Part shown: piece by piece, positions 49,729-59,431 of the stretch
Numbering within the stretch: position 1 is the first letter of the stretch
How the letters are laid out: every line of letters begins with the position of its first letter
Assembly: GCA_963820825.1 (NCBI GenBank)
Contig: CAWGBN010000002.1
Coordinates: 64,001 to 128,000 of the forward strand
Length of the DNA: 64,000 bases
From: Vulcanimicrobiota bacterium
GTDB taxonomy: Bacteria; Vulcanimicrobiota; Vulcanimicrobiia; Vulcanimicrobiales; Vulcanimicrobiaceae
Direction of reading: 5' to 3'
Program-made: the position numbers and the translations under genes
The notes under the pieces: model-generated
The model's database searches: none
Told to the model about the DNA's origin: nothing
The model's input: the letters and a program-made list of their open reading frames with translations, nothing else

Positions 49729-49947
49729 CCCGAGTTCCTTTCCCGCGTAGCGGCAGCAGGCCAAGGCTTCTTCTCGGCAGTGCAGGCGCCGCCCTCGAAT
49801 CCACAACGTGATCCCGGAAACCGCCACGCGCGCTCCGGGGTGGTGCTCCTCCGAACCGGCGGGCACTTCGGGCCGTTTTTGCAAGGGCAGAACGCGCTTG
49901 GGGCCAAGTATGAGTGCATCATGGTGTCAGCAACGTCTGTACCGAGA

Positions 49948-50349
49948 ATGATTTGCCCGCGCTGCAACAAAGCCACCACCGACGTCGCACGGTGTTCGAC
50001 CTGCGGCGCTCCGGTCAAGAGCCTCGTGAGTCAGCAACGCCGCGGCTGGGTCGCGTTCGGAGGGGGTGCGTTCCTCGCGGTCTTCATGGCCGCAGTTTGG
50101 ATCTGGATCGATCAGCTCTTTGCCGGAAACGGAATTGCGCAGCGCGACCCCGCGGCCGCACGATTCCTCGGACGGATTAACGTCGCATGCGCGCTGGTCG
50201 TGCTCTCCGGTCTTTTCGGGGTCGCGAACGGCTGGATCATGGCGCACTCGGGCCGGCGGAATTTAGCGCTTATGGTTGCTATGCTCGTCGTCTTTGTCGC
50301 CGCTCTCTTCCTCGCATTTACTGCATCGAACGGCTACCACCCGCAGTAG
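49948..50349 (+). CDS. Zinc-ribbon membrane protein
   Basis: CPRC..CSTCG followed by three TM helices. Confidence 0.7.
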   Translation: MICPRCNKATTDVARCSTCGAPVKSLVSQQRRGWVAFGGGAFLAVFMAAVWIWIDQLFAGNGIAQRDPAAARFLGRINVACALVVLSGLFGVANGWIMAHSGRRNLALMVAMLVVFVAALFLAFTASNGYHPQ

Positions 50350-50359
50350 CTACTCTAGG

Positions 50360-51073
50360 CTAGTATCCTCCGGGAAACGGCGTACTCGTCAGCCGCCCGA
50401 AGCGGGCCTGCATCCCGTTCTGCGCGCGCTCGCGCGCGATCTGCGTCTTTTGCTTTGCGAGCGACGCCGCTAGCGTCCCGAGTCCGTCGTTGAGCTCCGC
50501 GTTCTTGCCGGGCCATTGCTTCTTGGCGAGAAAGTCTACGCCGGGATAGATCGCCGTTAGATTCGGAAGGCTGCGATTCGCGCCTTGCACTGCGTGGATG
50601 ATCCGAACAAGCGCGTCGACGTCGCCGAACGCATAGCCGTTGAGGTTCGGTCCGACGAGCTGGAAGAACGCGTCCTGGGCGTGATAGAGCTCGAAGGCCG
50701 GGCTGCCGATTCCGCCAATTCTCTTCTGGTCGACGAGCAGCCCGAACTGGCGTCCACTGTATTGCGCCGAATAAAACCAGTACGTTGCCTCGTTGCGATA
50801 TCCGAGGTCGTAAAGCCGAATCGCGCCGACGTAGCGCTCGACGAAATTGAGCCGGTTCCAATTCTTCTTCATCCGCTCAATCGTCGCGACGAACTCCTGC
50901 CGGTTCTTCGAAGCGAGCCCCGCGCTATATTGGCCGACCTGGATCGTCGGGCCTGACGAATCGTAGTACGGCGTGGCGTAGGCGTCGATTCGTCCCGGGT
51001 CGCCCGCGCGCGCAGCGGGCGCGAGCACGAACGCGATCGCGACGGCGAATACGATGAAAACGCACTTCTTCAA
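50360..51073 (-). CDS. Secreted hypothetical protein
   Basis: Signal peptide (ARA), helical body, coupled to upstream gene. Confidence 0.75.
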   Translation of the reverse strand: MKKCVFIVFAVAIAFVLAPAARAGDPGRIDAYATPYYDSSGPTIQVGQYSAGLASKNRQEFVATIERMKKNWNRLNFVERYVGAIRLYDLGYRNEATYWFYSAQYSGRQFGLLVDQKRIGGIGSPAFELYHAQDAFFQLVGPNLNGYAFGDVDALVRIIHAVQGANRSLPNLTAIYPGVDFLAKKQWPGKNAELNDGLGTLAASLAKQKTQIARERAQNGMQARFGRLTSTPFPGGY

Positions 51074-51678
51074 AATTGTATCCGCACGATCTGAAGCTGG
51101 GCGTTCACGACGGCGACCGGTCGCGCCCGAGCCGATTCCATGTAGAGGTACTTGCGATCGTCGGGACCGAGACCCTCAAACTCCCACTCCGTTACTCGTG
51201 CATCGGGATAATTCGACTTTGCAATGGCCTCACGCGACGTTTGCGTCAAGCGCGCAAAGGCAATTCTCTTCGGATCGAAAGCCCGTTCGTCAACCGTAGC
51301 TGCGGTAATCGGCCCGCCGGTCAGCGACATCAGCTTTACCGGCGCCGGTCCGGTGAGCGCCCCGTCGGGCGCGACGGCGTACCGGTCGACGTTGATGTGA
51401 TGAGCGGGCTCCTGAACGTCGACCATCAATCCGTTGGTGCGATCGGCCGATATGGAGGTGACGCGCAGCGGGCGCCCGGAATGCGCCGCGATCGCGTCGA
51501 GCGCCTGAAGCACCGCCTTACCGTTGGTCAAGAACGGATCGATCGGGCCGCCGCCGGGATTCGCCGCCGCGAGATTCGGGTCGCCGGCGGGATAGGACCC
51601 GTGGCCGCCCGCGCTGCCGGAGCAGGCCGCGAGCGCGCACGATATGGCGACCGCGAGAATTCGCTTTTGCACTTGCAT
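51070..51678 (-). CDS. Hypothetical lipoprotein
   Basis: Lipobox LAAC. Confidence 0.75.
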   Translation of the reverse strand: MQVQKRILAVAISCALAACSGSAGGHGSYPAGDPNLAAANPGGGPIDPFLTNGKAVLQALDAIAAHSGRPLRVTSISADRTNGLMVDVQEPAHHINVDRYAVAPDGALTGPAPVKLMSLTGGPITAATVDERAFDPKRIAFARLTQTSREAIAKSNYPDARVTEWEFEGLGPDDRKYLYMESARARPVAVVNAQLQIVRIQF

Positions 51679-51693
51679 CTCGAACGAGGCGTA

Positions 51694-52569
51694 CTACGTT
51701 TGCAGCGGCGTCGCCTTCGGGTAACGCAGGACGATATAGAGAAAGAGCAGCGCGATCACCGGGAGCATGAAGTAGCTGGCTTCGGTGCCGAGCGGACCGC
51801 CGTTTGCCCACGCCGGCCCGGGAAACGAAACGTCGAGCAGATGTCCGACGGGCTGCGAGCCGCCGTTGCGCGTTCCGATGACGAAGAACTGCATGTAATC
51901 GAAGCTGAAGTGGAATCCCGCGGCGAGCCAGAGCGAACCCGTGCGTTGGAGGGTCAAGCAGCAAAAGATGCCGATCAGCACGATGTTGGTGATGTCGATG
52001 GCATTCTCGTCGGACTTGGTGAGATGGGCCGCGCCGAAAAGCAGCGAGAGCAGGATCGCCGCAGGCCAAAATCCCATGCCGCGCACGAGCGCCTGCAGCG
52101 GATAGCCGCGGAACATATACTCCTCGTTCAAGCCGACGAGCACCATCACGATCAGCCAGAGCAGCGTCTGGATGACGAGTTCGGAGCCGTGCAAGGCGAG
52201 GCCGCTCACGACCATGGCGCCCGAGCCGATCATGGCGACCCCGACGGCTCCCGCGCTCACCACGCCGATCCCGACGCCTTCCCAGAAGCGCCCGCGGAAT
52301 GCCAAACGCACCGGCAAGCCGTACGCGTCGATTCGCTTGCGCTCGAAGGCCGCAAGGACGCCCGTTGCGATCAGCACGGGAATCGCCTCGAGAATCTCGG
52401 CGACGAGCATCCCGTAAGCGGTGAGAGCCTCGGGAATCCGCAGCGCGCCCACGAGGCTCGGCACGACAAATGCCTGCGCTCCGAGGGTGACTCCGACGAG
52501 AATCACCGCGTAGGCGAGGAAACGCCATCCGGCACGGACGCCGTTTGGACCGATGAATATTGCGCGCAT
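51694..52569 (-). CDS. CPBP (CAAX/Abi) intramembrane metalloprotease
   Basis: EEYMFRG, FGAAH, H motif in GFHFSFD. Confidence 0.92.
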   Translation of the reverse strand: MRAIFIGPNGVRAGWRFLAYAVILVGVTLGAQAFVVPSLVGALRIPEALTAYGMLVAEILEAIPVLIATGVLAAFERKRIDAYGLPVRLAFRGRFWEGVGIGVVSAGAVGVAMIGSGAMVVSGLALHGSELVIQTLLWLIVMVLVGLNEEYMFRGYPLQALVRGMGFWPAAILLSLLFGAAHLTKSDENAIDITNIVLIGIFCCLTLQRTGSLWLAAGFHFSFDYMQFFVIGTRNGGSQPVGHLLDVSFPGPAWANGGPLGTEASYFMLPVIALLFLYIVLRYPKATPLQT

Positions 52570-52577
52570 TGCTCCCT

Positions 52578-53489
52578 TTACCGCACAACCGCGCCCGCGG
52601 TTTCGAAGACGAGGCGGGCCGCGGCAACGTCTTCGATCGCTAGCCCGACCGACTTAAAGATCGTCGTAGCCGCGGGCGACGGCACCGGCGTGATGCCGGC
52701 AAAGATCTCGCCGGCCTCCGCGTAGATTCGTGCGCCCGAGAGAATCACGTCGCCGGCTTCCAGCGCGGCCGCCTCGCGCGAATCGACCACAACCACGTTG
52801 GCCATCGCCGCGTCGTCGAGCTCGCGCCAATCGGGCCGGGACGAGCCGACGGCATTGACGTGCGCGCCGGGCTTGAGCCAGGCGCCGCGCAGGATCGGTT
52901 CGTGCGCGCCCGTCGCCGTTACGACGACGTCTGCTCCGAGGACCGCACGCTCCACCGAATCGACGGCCATCACGTCCTGCTGCTCGCGAGCGAAACGCTC
53001 GGCGTTGGCGGCGGTGCGGCTCCAGACCCGGACCTCGGAGAACGTGCGAACTCGCGCGAGCGCGGCGAGATGGGCGCGCGCCTGCACGCCGCTTCCGAGC
53101 AGGGCAAGAACGCGTGCGTCGGGAGCCGCCAAATACTTCGTCACCGCGGCCGATACCGCGGCGGTGCGCATCTCGGTGATCAGACGCCCGTCCATCGCGG
53201 CGAGCGGCAGACCGTTCTCGGTGCGATAGAGCAGGATCGTCGCATTATGCGTCGGCAGCCCCGCGCCCGCATTCACGGGATAGAAGGTGACGTACTTTAA
53301 TCCCATGACGTTGCCGACGACCGCCGGCATCAGCCCCACGTAACGCCGCCCTTCTTCGATCGTGAGAATCGTGCGCACCGGGTGCATCGACTCTCCTCGC
53401 GAAAAGGCAATGAGCGCTCCTTCCATTGCCTCGATCAGCGCGTCCCAGTCGAGATGCCGGCGGACGGTCTCCTCGTCGAAGTATCTCAA
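52578..53489 (-). CDS. Ornithine cyclodeaminase/mu-crystallin family protein
   Basis: T.MRTAA.SA, GSGVQA..H, FKSVGLAIED; start approximate. Confidence 0.92.
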   Translation of the reverse strand: MRYFDEETVRRHLDWDALIEAMEGALIAFSRGESMHPVRTILTIEEGRRYVGLMPAVVGNVMGLKYVTFYPVNAGAGLPTHNATILLYRTENGLPLAAMDGRLITEMRTAAVSAAVTKYLAAPDARVLALLGSGVQARAHLAALARVRTFSEVRVWSRTAANAERFAREQQDVMAVDSVERAVLGADVVVTATGAHEPILRGAWLKPGAHVNAVGSSRPDWRELDDAAMANVVVVDSREAAALEAGDVILSGARIYAEAGEIFAGITPVPSPAATTIFKSVGLAIEDVAAARLVFETAGAVVR

Positions 53490-53508
53490 TTCGTACGGCG
53501 CTCGCGGC

Positions 53509-53781
53509 TTAGCTGCGCGCGAAGCGTAACCGGGAACGTTCTTTTGCCTTCGCCGCTTCGGCATCGCGATCGCGAGGCGGGGCGTGCGTGACGAGCGCCG
53601 CGAGCAGCTCGCGCGCCACGGCGGTGACGCGCTCCACCGCCTCTTCGAAGGCGGCTTCGTTCGCCTTCGACGGCCGGTTGAAGCCGCTGAGCTTTCGTAC
53701 GAACTGCAACGCCGAGGCGCGAACCTCTTCGTCGGTCGCGGGCGGAGAGAAGTTGTGGAGGGTCCGAATATTGCGGCACAT
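53509..53781 (-). CDS. DUF2277 protein
   Basis: MCRNIRTLHNFSPPATDEEVRASALQFVRKLSG. Confidence 0.9.
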   Translation of the reverse strand: MCRNIRTLHNFSPPATDEEVRASALQFVRKLSGFNRPSKANEAAFEEAVERVTAVARELLAALVTHAPPRDRDAEAAKAKERSRLRFARS

Positions 53782-53792
53782 TGAAGCGCTCG

Positions 53793-54086
53793 TTACGGGA
53801 AGGCCTTTGCGATACCGGCCTGCACGTCGTCGGGCGTCATGACGGGCGTCAGCACGCACTTCGCACCGAGTTCCGTGAAGAATGGTTCGCAGATCGACGG
53901 AATATCGCTGGGGTGCGCGAGATCGAAGACGATATACCCTCCGCGGTCGCCGTCGACCGTCGTGAAATAGGCCGCCTCGGGCTTCAGCCGCTCCATCGTC
54001 GACTGCATGACCTTCATCAGCCTGCCGTCTTTGATCGCCGCGTTCGAAGCGTCTACCCGAAACTGCACTTGAAGCATGGTTCTCAT
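53793..54086 (-). CDS. Conserved small ferredoxin-like fold (GYD/DUF3303-like) protein
   Basis: LKPEAAYF..DG.RGG..VFD...S.IP.I.EP.F..LGA..PVM. Confidence 0.75.
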   Translation of the reverse strand: MRTMLQVQFRVDASNAAIKDGRLMKVMQSTMERLKPEAAYFTTVDGDRGGYIVFDLAHPSDIPSICEPFFTELGAKCVLTPVMTPDDVQAGIAKAFP

Positions 54087-54175
54087 TGCAATACTACTTT
54101 CTGACGAGCGAAGATGTGTAGCGCAGAGAGGCGGTCTAAAGCGTCCGCCTCGCTCGCGTTCGATGACCGAACGAA

Positions 54176-55384
54176 CTAGAAGGCTTTGATGCCGTTTGGC
54201 GTCCCCCAGCCGGCCGGACCGGAATAGGTATGGAACTGTTTCGTGCCGGCTTGACAGAGATAGGAACCGCCGCACGCACCGTCGTTGCCGGTGCTGATAT
54301 AATGGAGCGCCTTGCCGCGTTTGCGTTTCTTCAGCGACCAGATCTTCTTCGCCGCGTCTTGGTGGGAGGCGTTTCCAGCCAGTGCGTAGACCGCGGCGAT
54401 CATCGGCGTCGCGACGCTCGTGCCGCCGACGGTAAACCAGCCGCTGTAGCCGTAGGTGTCGTACTCGGCGACCTGCCACGCGATCGCCGAAACGTCACCC
54501 TCCGTGCGCGCCGTGCAGTTGGGATCGTGCTGCCACGCCGGCTTGGTAACGCCGGTGGCGCAGCCCGCGCCCGCGCCGTCCCAGACGCTCTCGCTATAGG
54601 TCGAGCCGCTCTTCGAGAGCACGGTGCCTCCGACCGAGATCACGCTCGCGAGGGCCGCCGGTGCACCGATGTTGGCGTAGCCCGCGTCGCCGGTTCCGGC
54701 GGTATAAAGGACTCCGGGTTGATCGAAATCCGACTGGTCGACGCAGTCGTACGAACCGTAGCAGATCCAGCTATTGCTCACGATGTGCGCCCCAAGCGTG
54801 ACCGCTTCGGCTTCGGCCGTTTGGAGGTCGGCGTTATCGGAGCTATTCGCCTCGACGAGGTAGATCTTGCAGAGCGGACAGGTCGCCGAGACCATCTGCA
54901 CGTCGAGATCGATCTCGATGCCCCAGCCGGTGCTCCCGCGCGGATAGTTCTTGGTTTGACCGAGTTGATTGTATTTCGTAAAGTTCGCCGTTCCGAGCCC
55001 AAACTGCGTACGGTAGGCGGCGAGATCCGAGGCGACGTTGGGATTGTCGTACGCATCGACGATGGCGACGATCTGACCCTTACCGTTCGTCGAAGACGGC
55101 AGGTTGTATCGCGTCTGGAAATCGCTCGGCGCCCAGCCGGCGACGTCGGGGCTGATGCCGCTCTTCGATTCGATCAGCGCCAAGCACGTCGGCTTCTTCG
55201 CGACCTGCGGACAGGCGGGCTTGGCTAAGCCCTTTGCCTGCCACTGCGGCATTGCCGAACGGGACGATGCCGCCGGCGCCGCTTGGCCGGGCGCTCCCGG
55301 CACGTTGGAAGAGCCGCCGGCACTACACGCCGCGACCGCCAGCGCCGCAACCAGCGGCGCCAAGAGTTTCACGGATCCGTTCAC
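54176..55384 (-). CDS. S53/S8 serine peptidase lipoprotein
   Basis: Lipobox VAAC; VAIVDAYD, EIDLDVQ, SNSW, GGTSVATP. Confidence 0.92.
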   Translation of the reverse strand: MNGSVKLLAPLVAALAVAACSAGGSSNVPGAPGQAAPAASSRSAMPQWQAKGLAKPACPQVAKKPTCLALIESKSGISPDVAGWAPSDFQTRYNLPSSTNGKGQIVAIVDAYDNPNVASDLAAYRTQFGLGTANFTKYNQLGQTKNYPRGSTGWGIEIDLDVQMVSATCPLCKIYLVEANSSDNADLQTAEAEAVTLGAHIVSNSWICYGSYDCVDQSDFDQPGVLYTAGTGDAGYANIGAPAALASVISVGGTVLSKSGSTYSESVWDGAGAGCATGVTKPAWQHDPNCTARTEGDVSAIAWQVAEYDTYGYSGWFTVGGTSVATPMIAAVYALAGNASHQDAAKKIWSLKKRKRGKALHYISTGNDGACGGSYLCQAGTKQFHTYSGPAGWGTPNGIKAF

Positions 55385-55471
55385 GAAAGCTCCCTTTCTC
55401 CTCAGAAGGTCTGGGGAGCCGGAAATTACGTTCGACAGGCGCCAACTCCTCGACACGCCAACAAAACGCGC

Positions 55472-55942
55472 ATGAACGCCAGCCGCATCCTCGCCTGTGC
55501 GAGCATCGCACTTCTCCTAACGTGCCCGCCGTGGCCGGCGACCGCCTCACAAGAATCCGCGGTGATGGGAACCGTCAATCAATTCATCGATGGCTTCAAC
55601 CGAGGGGACGAGAAGACGGAACTCGCGACCTGCGCGGCCGAAGCCTCGGTCATCGACGACTTCCCGCCGCACGAATGGCAAGGAGCGACCGCCTGCGCCG
55701 ACTGGGCTGCGGCGTTTGCGGCCGAAGCGCAGAGAGACGGCATCACCGAGAGCGTGGTCACGCTGGGCCGGCCATGGTATATCTCGGTTACCGGGGATCG
55801 CGCCTACGTCGTGCTGCCGGCGACGTACGCGTATAAAGACCGCGGCAAACCGGTGACGGAGCGTAACGCGGTCTTTACCGTGGCGTTGCGTAAATCGTCG
55901 GCGGGCTGGCGCATCACCGGCTGGGCGTGGTCACACCACTAA
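55472..55942 (+). CDS. Secreted NTF2-family protein
   Basis: Signal peptide; F.DGFNRGD, IDDFPP.EW.G, GWRI..WAW. Confidence 0.8.
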   Translation: MNASRILACASIALLLTCPPWPATASQESAVMGTVNQFIDGFNRGDEKTELATCAAEASVIDDFPPHEWQGATACADWAAAFAAEAQRDGITESVVTLGRPWYISVTGDRAYVVLPATYAYKDRGKPVTERNAVFTVALRKSSAGWRITGWAWSHH

Positions 55943-57480
55943 AGGAGGACGACCGTCTTGCCGCGTTCGGCTACCGGCAAGAGCTTTCGCGGGTCCTTTC
56001 GCTCTTCGACAATTTCTCGGTAGCGTTCAGTTATCTGAGCCCCATGGTGGGCATCTACTCGCTCTACACGCTCGGACTCGGCACCGGCGGTCCGCGATAT
56101 ATCTGGACGATCCCGGTGGTCGTGGGGCTCATGATGCTGGTGGCGCTCGTCTTCGGCGAGCTCGCGAGCGAATATCCGCTCTCCGGCGCGCTCTATCAAT
56201 ACGGCAAGTATAGCGTCGGACCGCGATACGGCTGGTTTATCGGGTGGATCTACGGCTTCGCGCTGCTCGCCACCGTCGCTTCGGTCGACTCCGGCGCCGT
56301 GGGCTACGTGACGGCGCTTGCCAACGCCTGGTTTAAGACGCGTTGGGACCCCGCGAAGCATCTGACGATCTTCGCAATCGCTGGAGCGATCATCGTGCTA
56401 TCGGCGATTCTGAACTGGATCGGCGCGAAGATTCTCGGGCGCGTCGCGCGCTTCGGCGTCTACGTTGAGACCATCGGTACGTTCGGGGTCTTTATCGCAC
56501 TGGCGATTTACGGCTTCCACCAGCACTTCGGCTTCGTCTTCACGACGCAGAGCGTCGAGCATCTTAAGAGCAATCCGCTCGGCCTGAACTTCGGCGGCGA
56601 TTGGTGGCTGGGGGCCGCGCTCGTCGCGATCCTCGCCAACGTCTACATTTTCTACGGCTTCGAGTCCGCCGGCGATATCTCGGAGGAGACGCTCGAGGCG
56701 CAGCGGCAGGTTCCCAAGGCAATGCGCAGCGCACTGCTCTACGGCGGCATCGCCTCGTTCGTTCTCGTGCTGGGCCTGCTGCTCGCGACGCCCGCGGCCG
56801 GCATCGGACCGGTCGTTTCCGGCGGCATCAACACCGTGCTCGCAGCGTTACCGAACTGGCTGCAGGTATTCTTTCTGATCATGGTCATCGTCGCATTCTT
56901 CAGTTGCGGCACCGCCGTGCAGGGCGCAGGGGCGCGCGTTGCGTTCGCACTCGCTCGCGACGGCGCCTTGCCGTTCAGCAAGAAGATCGAAGCGATCTCG
57001 CCGCGGCATCACACGCCGGCCAACGCGATTCTCGTGGGAACCGTCGTCCCATTCCTCTTCTTGCTGCTCGTTCTGATCAATCCGAGCAAACCGGTGCACC
57101 TGCTCTGGTTCGATTACCCGGCGAACGTCAACGCGCTCTACGCGCTGGTCTCGTTCGCGACGTCCGGAATCTACCTCGCCTTTCTGCTGACGGTCGCGGG
57201 CGCGCTCGTGGCGCGGCTGCGCGGCTGGAAGCCGAGCGGCGTCTTTCGCTTGGGCCGATGGGGACTGCCGGTTACCATCGGCGGAGCGCTCTATCTGCTG
57301 CTGATGCTGATCGACATCGTCTGGCCGAGCTCGCTCTCGAGCGGCCGGGCCGTCTTCAACTACGGCTGGGTAACGTTGCTGGTCATGGCGCTCATCGTCG
57401 GCATCGGCGCGATCTACGAAGCGGTCGCGCGCCCAGATCGGAGAATTCGAAACGCCGTGTCCCCGCGCAAGAACGGGTGA
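55927..57480 (+). CDS. APC-family amino acid/polyamine permease
   Basis: GYRQEL.R, ELAS.YP.SG.LY, YGFESAG..SEET, FALARDG.LP. Confidence 0.93.
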   Translation: MVTPLKEDDRLAAFGYRQELSRVLSLFDNFSVAFSYLSPMVGIYSLYTLGLGTGGPRYIWTIPVVVGLMMLVALVFGELASEYPLSGALYQYGKYSVGPRYGWFIGWIYGFALLATVASVDSGAVGYVTALANAWFKTRWDPAKHLTIFAIAGAIIVLSAILNWIGAKILGRVARFGVYVETIGTFGVFIALAIYGFHQHFGFVFTTQSVEHLKSNPLGLNFGGDWWLGAALVAILANVYIFYGFESAGDISEETLEAQRQVPKAMRSALLYGGIASFVLVLGLLLATPAAGIGPVVSGGINTVLAALPNWLQVFFLIMVIVAFFSCGTAVQGAGARVAFALARDGALPFSKKIEAISPRHHTPANAILVGTVVPFLFLLLVLINPSKPVHLLWFDYPANVNALYALVSFATSGIYLAFLLTVAGALVARLRGWKPSGVFRLGRWGLPVTIGGALYLLLMLIDIVWPSSLSSGRAVFNYGWVTLLVMALIVGIGAIYEAVARPDRRIRNAVSPRKNG

Positions 57481-57513
57481 CACGGCGCGCCGATTAGGAG
57501 GGTCGAGCTTCGC

Positions 57514-58080
57514 TTAGCCCGACTTCTTGCAGGAGATCGTTAGGTTCGTCGTCTTGCCTTGCGCGTCGGTCGCGGTTTGAGCGTCGCTCGTCTCGGTATC
57601 GCTCGCCTTCGTTATGACGTCGGTCGCACTGCTGCCGTCGAGATTTTTGGTCGTCCAGGTCATCGTGTTTCCCTGCCAGCCGGGTGACGTCGAGGTCGAG
57701 TACCCGCCGCTGTTATCGACGCTGATCTGAACCCACTGCTTCGTGGTTGCATCGTAGCCGGTGTACGTCGTCGTGTTGATCGTCACCGTGCGGTATTGAT
57801 CGAACGGCGGTGCGGCATCTTGGGTGACCATCCACATGTCGTCCAGTCCCATGGTCGTCGTGCTGGTGTCGGGACGCGTCTTGCCGCGCAGCATCTGCGT
57901 GCAGGTCCAGGTTCCCATCAAGAACATCATCGGCGAAAAGTCGGGCTTCATCATCGGCACCATTGTCGGGGCCGGTGCCGGTTGCGCCGCGGAGACGACC
58001 GGCGAAGCCGCGAGACCTAGGACCAGCGCGACTGCCGCGAGCGTCAATAAAGCGGAGTGCTTCATGCTTATGCCTTTCAT
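57514..58080 (-). CDS. Secreted DUF1579-like beta-barrel protein
   Basis: FLMGTWTC, YDATTKQW, GWQGNT; paralog of 36401-36892. Confidence 0.75.
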   Translation of the reverse strand: MKGISMKHSALLTLAAVALVLGLAASPVVSAAQPAPAPTMVPMMKPDFSPMMFLMGTWTCTQMLRGKTRPDTSTTTMGLDDMWMVTQDAAPPFDQYRTVTINTTTYTGYDATTKQWVQISVDNSGGYSTSTSPGWQGNTMTWTTKNLDGSSATDVITKASDTETSDAQTATDAQGKTTNLTISCKKSG

Positions 58081-58103
58081 TTATTAGCGTTTAGGGCTGC
58101 CGC

Positions 58104-58128
58104 ATTCGGCGGGAGACGAGTAGCTCCT
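58104..58128 (-). promoter_or_regulatory. Sigma-H-like promoter AGGA-N17-GAAT
   Basis: Matches the Bacillus sigma-H-type consensus; related copies precede several other genes. Confidence 0.45.
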
Positions 58129-58141
58129 CGCTTGCTAGCTG

Positions 58142-59431
58142 CTATTGCTTGAGCTCGAAGACCGTGCCTTGCGAGCGCGATCCTCCGCCCGGCGTCGTCC
58201 CATAGAGCGTTCGTCCGGTGACGATCGGCCCGGCTTGCGGCTGCGCGCCGTCGGGCCTTCCGGCAAAATCGTGAACGACGAGCTCCGATCCCGCCGGTCG
58301 AATGCTGAAGATCGTACCGGCGTTCGAGGTTCCTCCGTCGCGAGTCGTTCCAAAGAGCACGTTGCCGATATGAGCGAGCCGCGCAAACGGATGCGATCCG
58401 TCGGTGCTCGTTCCGCAACAACTAAACGCGTGCAGCACGTGCTCGGTACCCGATGAAGGATCGACTTCGAAGACCGTGCCGTCGCCAAAACGGCCGCCCC
58501 CCATCGTCGTGCCGTAGAGAGTTCCGCTCAGATTGGTGACGCCGGCGGCGGGATAGGCGCCATCGACGGATCTCGGTCCGTACGCAAAGCGGTGCAGCAC
58601 CCGCTCCGTTCCATCCGTCTTCAACGCAAAGAGCGTGCCGCAACCGGTCGCGCAGAGCGGTGTCGTCGCGCCGCCGTACTGCGTCGTGCCGTAGAGCATC
58701 GCTTTTTCGGCGATCAGCCGCGCGGCAGGATACGCGCCGTCCTTGCCGCCGGTGAAGCGATAGAGAACGTGCTCCGTTCCGCTTGCGCTCGCGCGAAAAA
58801 CGGTTCCGCAACCGTGCGAGCAGCGCCGGCTCGTCGTACCGCCGAGCCGCGTCGTGCCGTAGATCGTCGTACCGAGCGCGATCAAACCGGCGGCGGGGAG
58901 CGCACCATCCGTTCCCCCTTCGAAACGATAGATGGTCTTCTCCGGCTTACCGCCCGTGCCGAGCTCGAAGATGGTGCCGCAACCGCCGGCACAGGCGCTC
59001 GCACCGCCGCCGCTCGTCGTGCCCACGAGCATTCCGTTGACGACGACCAGCTCTCCGAGCGGTTGCGCGCCATCGGTGCCGCCCTTGAAGCGATAGAGAA
59101 CGCGTTCGCGCCCCGATACGCTCACGGCAAAGACGCTGCCGCAGCCGAGATCGCAATGCGCGTTGGTGATTCCGCCGTATTGCGTGGTGCCGTAGAAACG
59201 GTTCCCGTTGGCCACGAGTGCCGCGACGGGATGGTTGCCGTCACCAAACTTCCCGTTCCGGCCGAAACTATAGATCGATCGATATCCGCCCGACGCGAGT
59301 GCGGCCGGGGCCGGCAGCGGAACCGGCGCGCTCGCGCCTTGGTAGACGGCGCAACTCGCGGTAAACGAAACGAGCAGGGGCGCAAGCGCGGCGCGCGCTT
59401 TAATCGTTCGGTTCCGTTGCCCGCTGGCCAA
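58142..59431 (-). CDS. Choice-of-anchor GloVer-repeat lipoprotein
   Basis: Lipobox TASC; repeats LYRF.GG.DGA.P...L....LYGTT..GG..CGT.F; start uncertain. Confidence 0.9.
   Translation of the reverse strand: MASGQRNRTIKARAALAPLLVSFTASCAVYQGASAPVPLPAPAALASGGYRSIYSFGRNGKFGDGNHPVAALVANGNRFYGTTQYGGITNAHCDLGCGSVFAVSVSGRERVLYRFKGGTDGAQPLGELVVVNGMLVGTTSGGGASACAGGCGTIFELGTGGKPEKTIYRFEGGTDGALPAAGLIALGTTIYGTTRLGGTTSRRCSHGCGTVFRASASGTEHVLYRFTGGKDGAYPAARLIAEKAMLYGTTQYGGATTPLCATGCGTLFALKTDGTERVLHRFAYGPRSVDGAYPAAGVTNLSGTLYGTTMGGGRFGDGTVFEVDPSSGTEHVLHAFSCCGTSTDGSHPFARLAHIGNVLFGTTRDGGTSNAGTIFSIRPAGSELVVHDFAGRPDGAQPQAGPIVTGRTLYGTTPGGGSRSQGTVFELKQ

Noticed and set aside
51076..52725. Long antisense or alternate-frame ORFs (also 4407-5681, 5751-7016, 54230-55228)
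   Set aside because: Arg/Ala-rich shadow ORFs expected in high-GC DNA overlapping well-supported genes.
54128..54151. Hairpin GAGGCGG/CCGCCTC after the S53 peptidase
   Set aside because: Large loop and no U-tract; too weak to call as a terminator.
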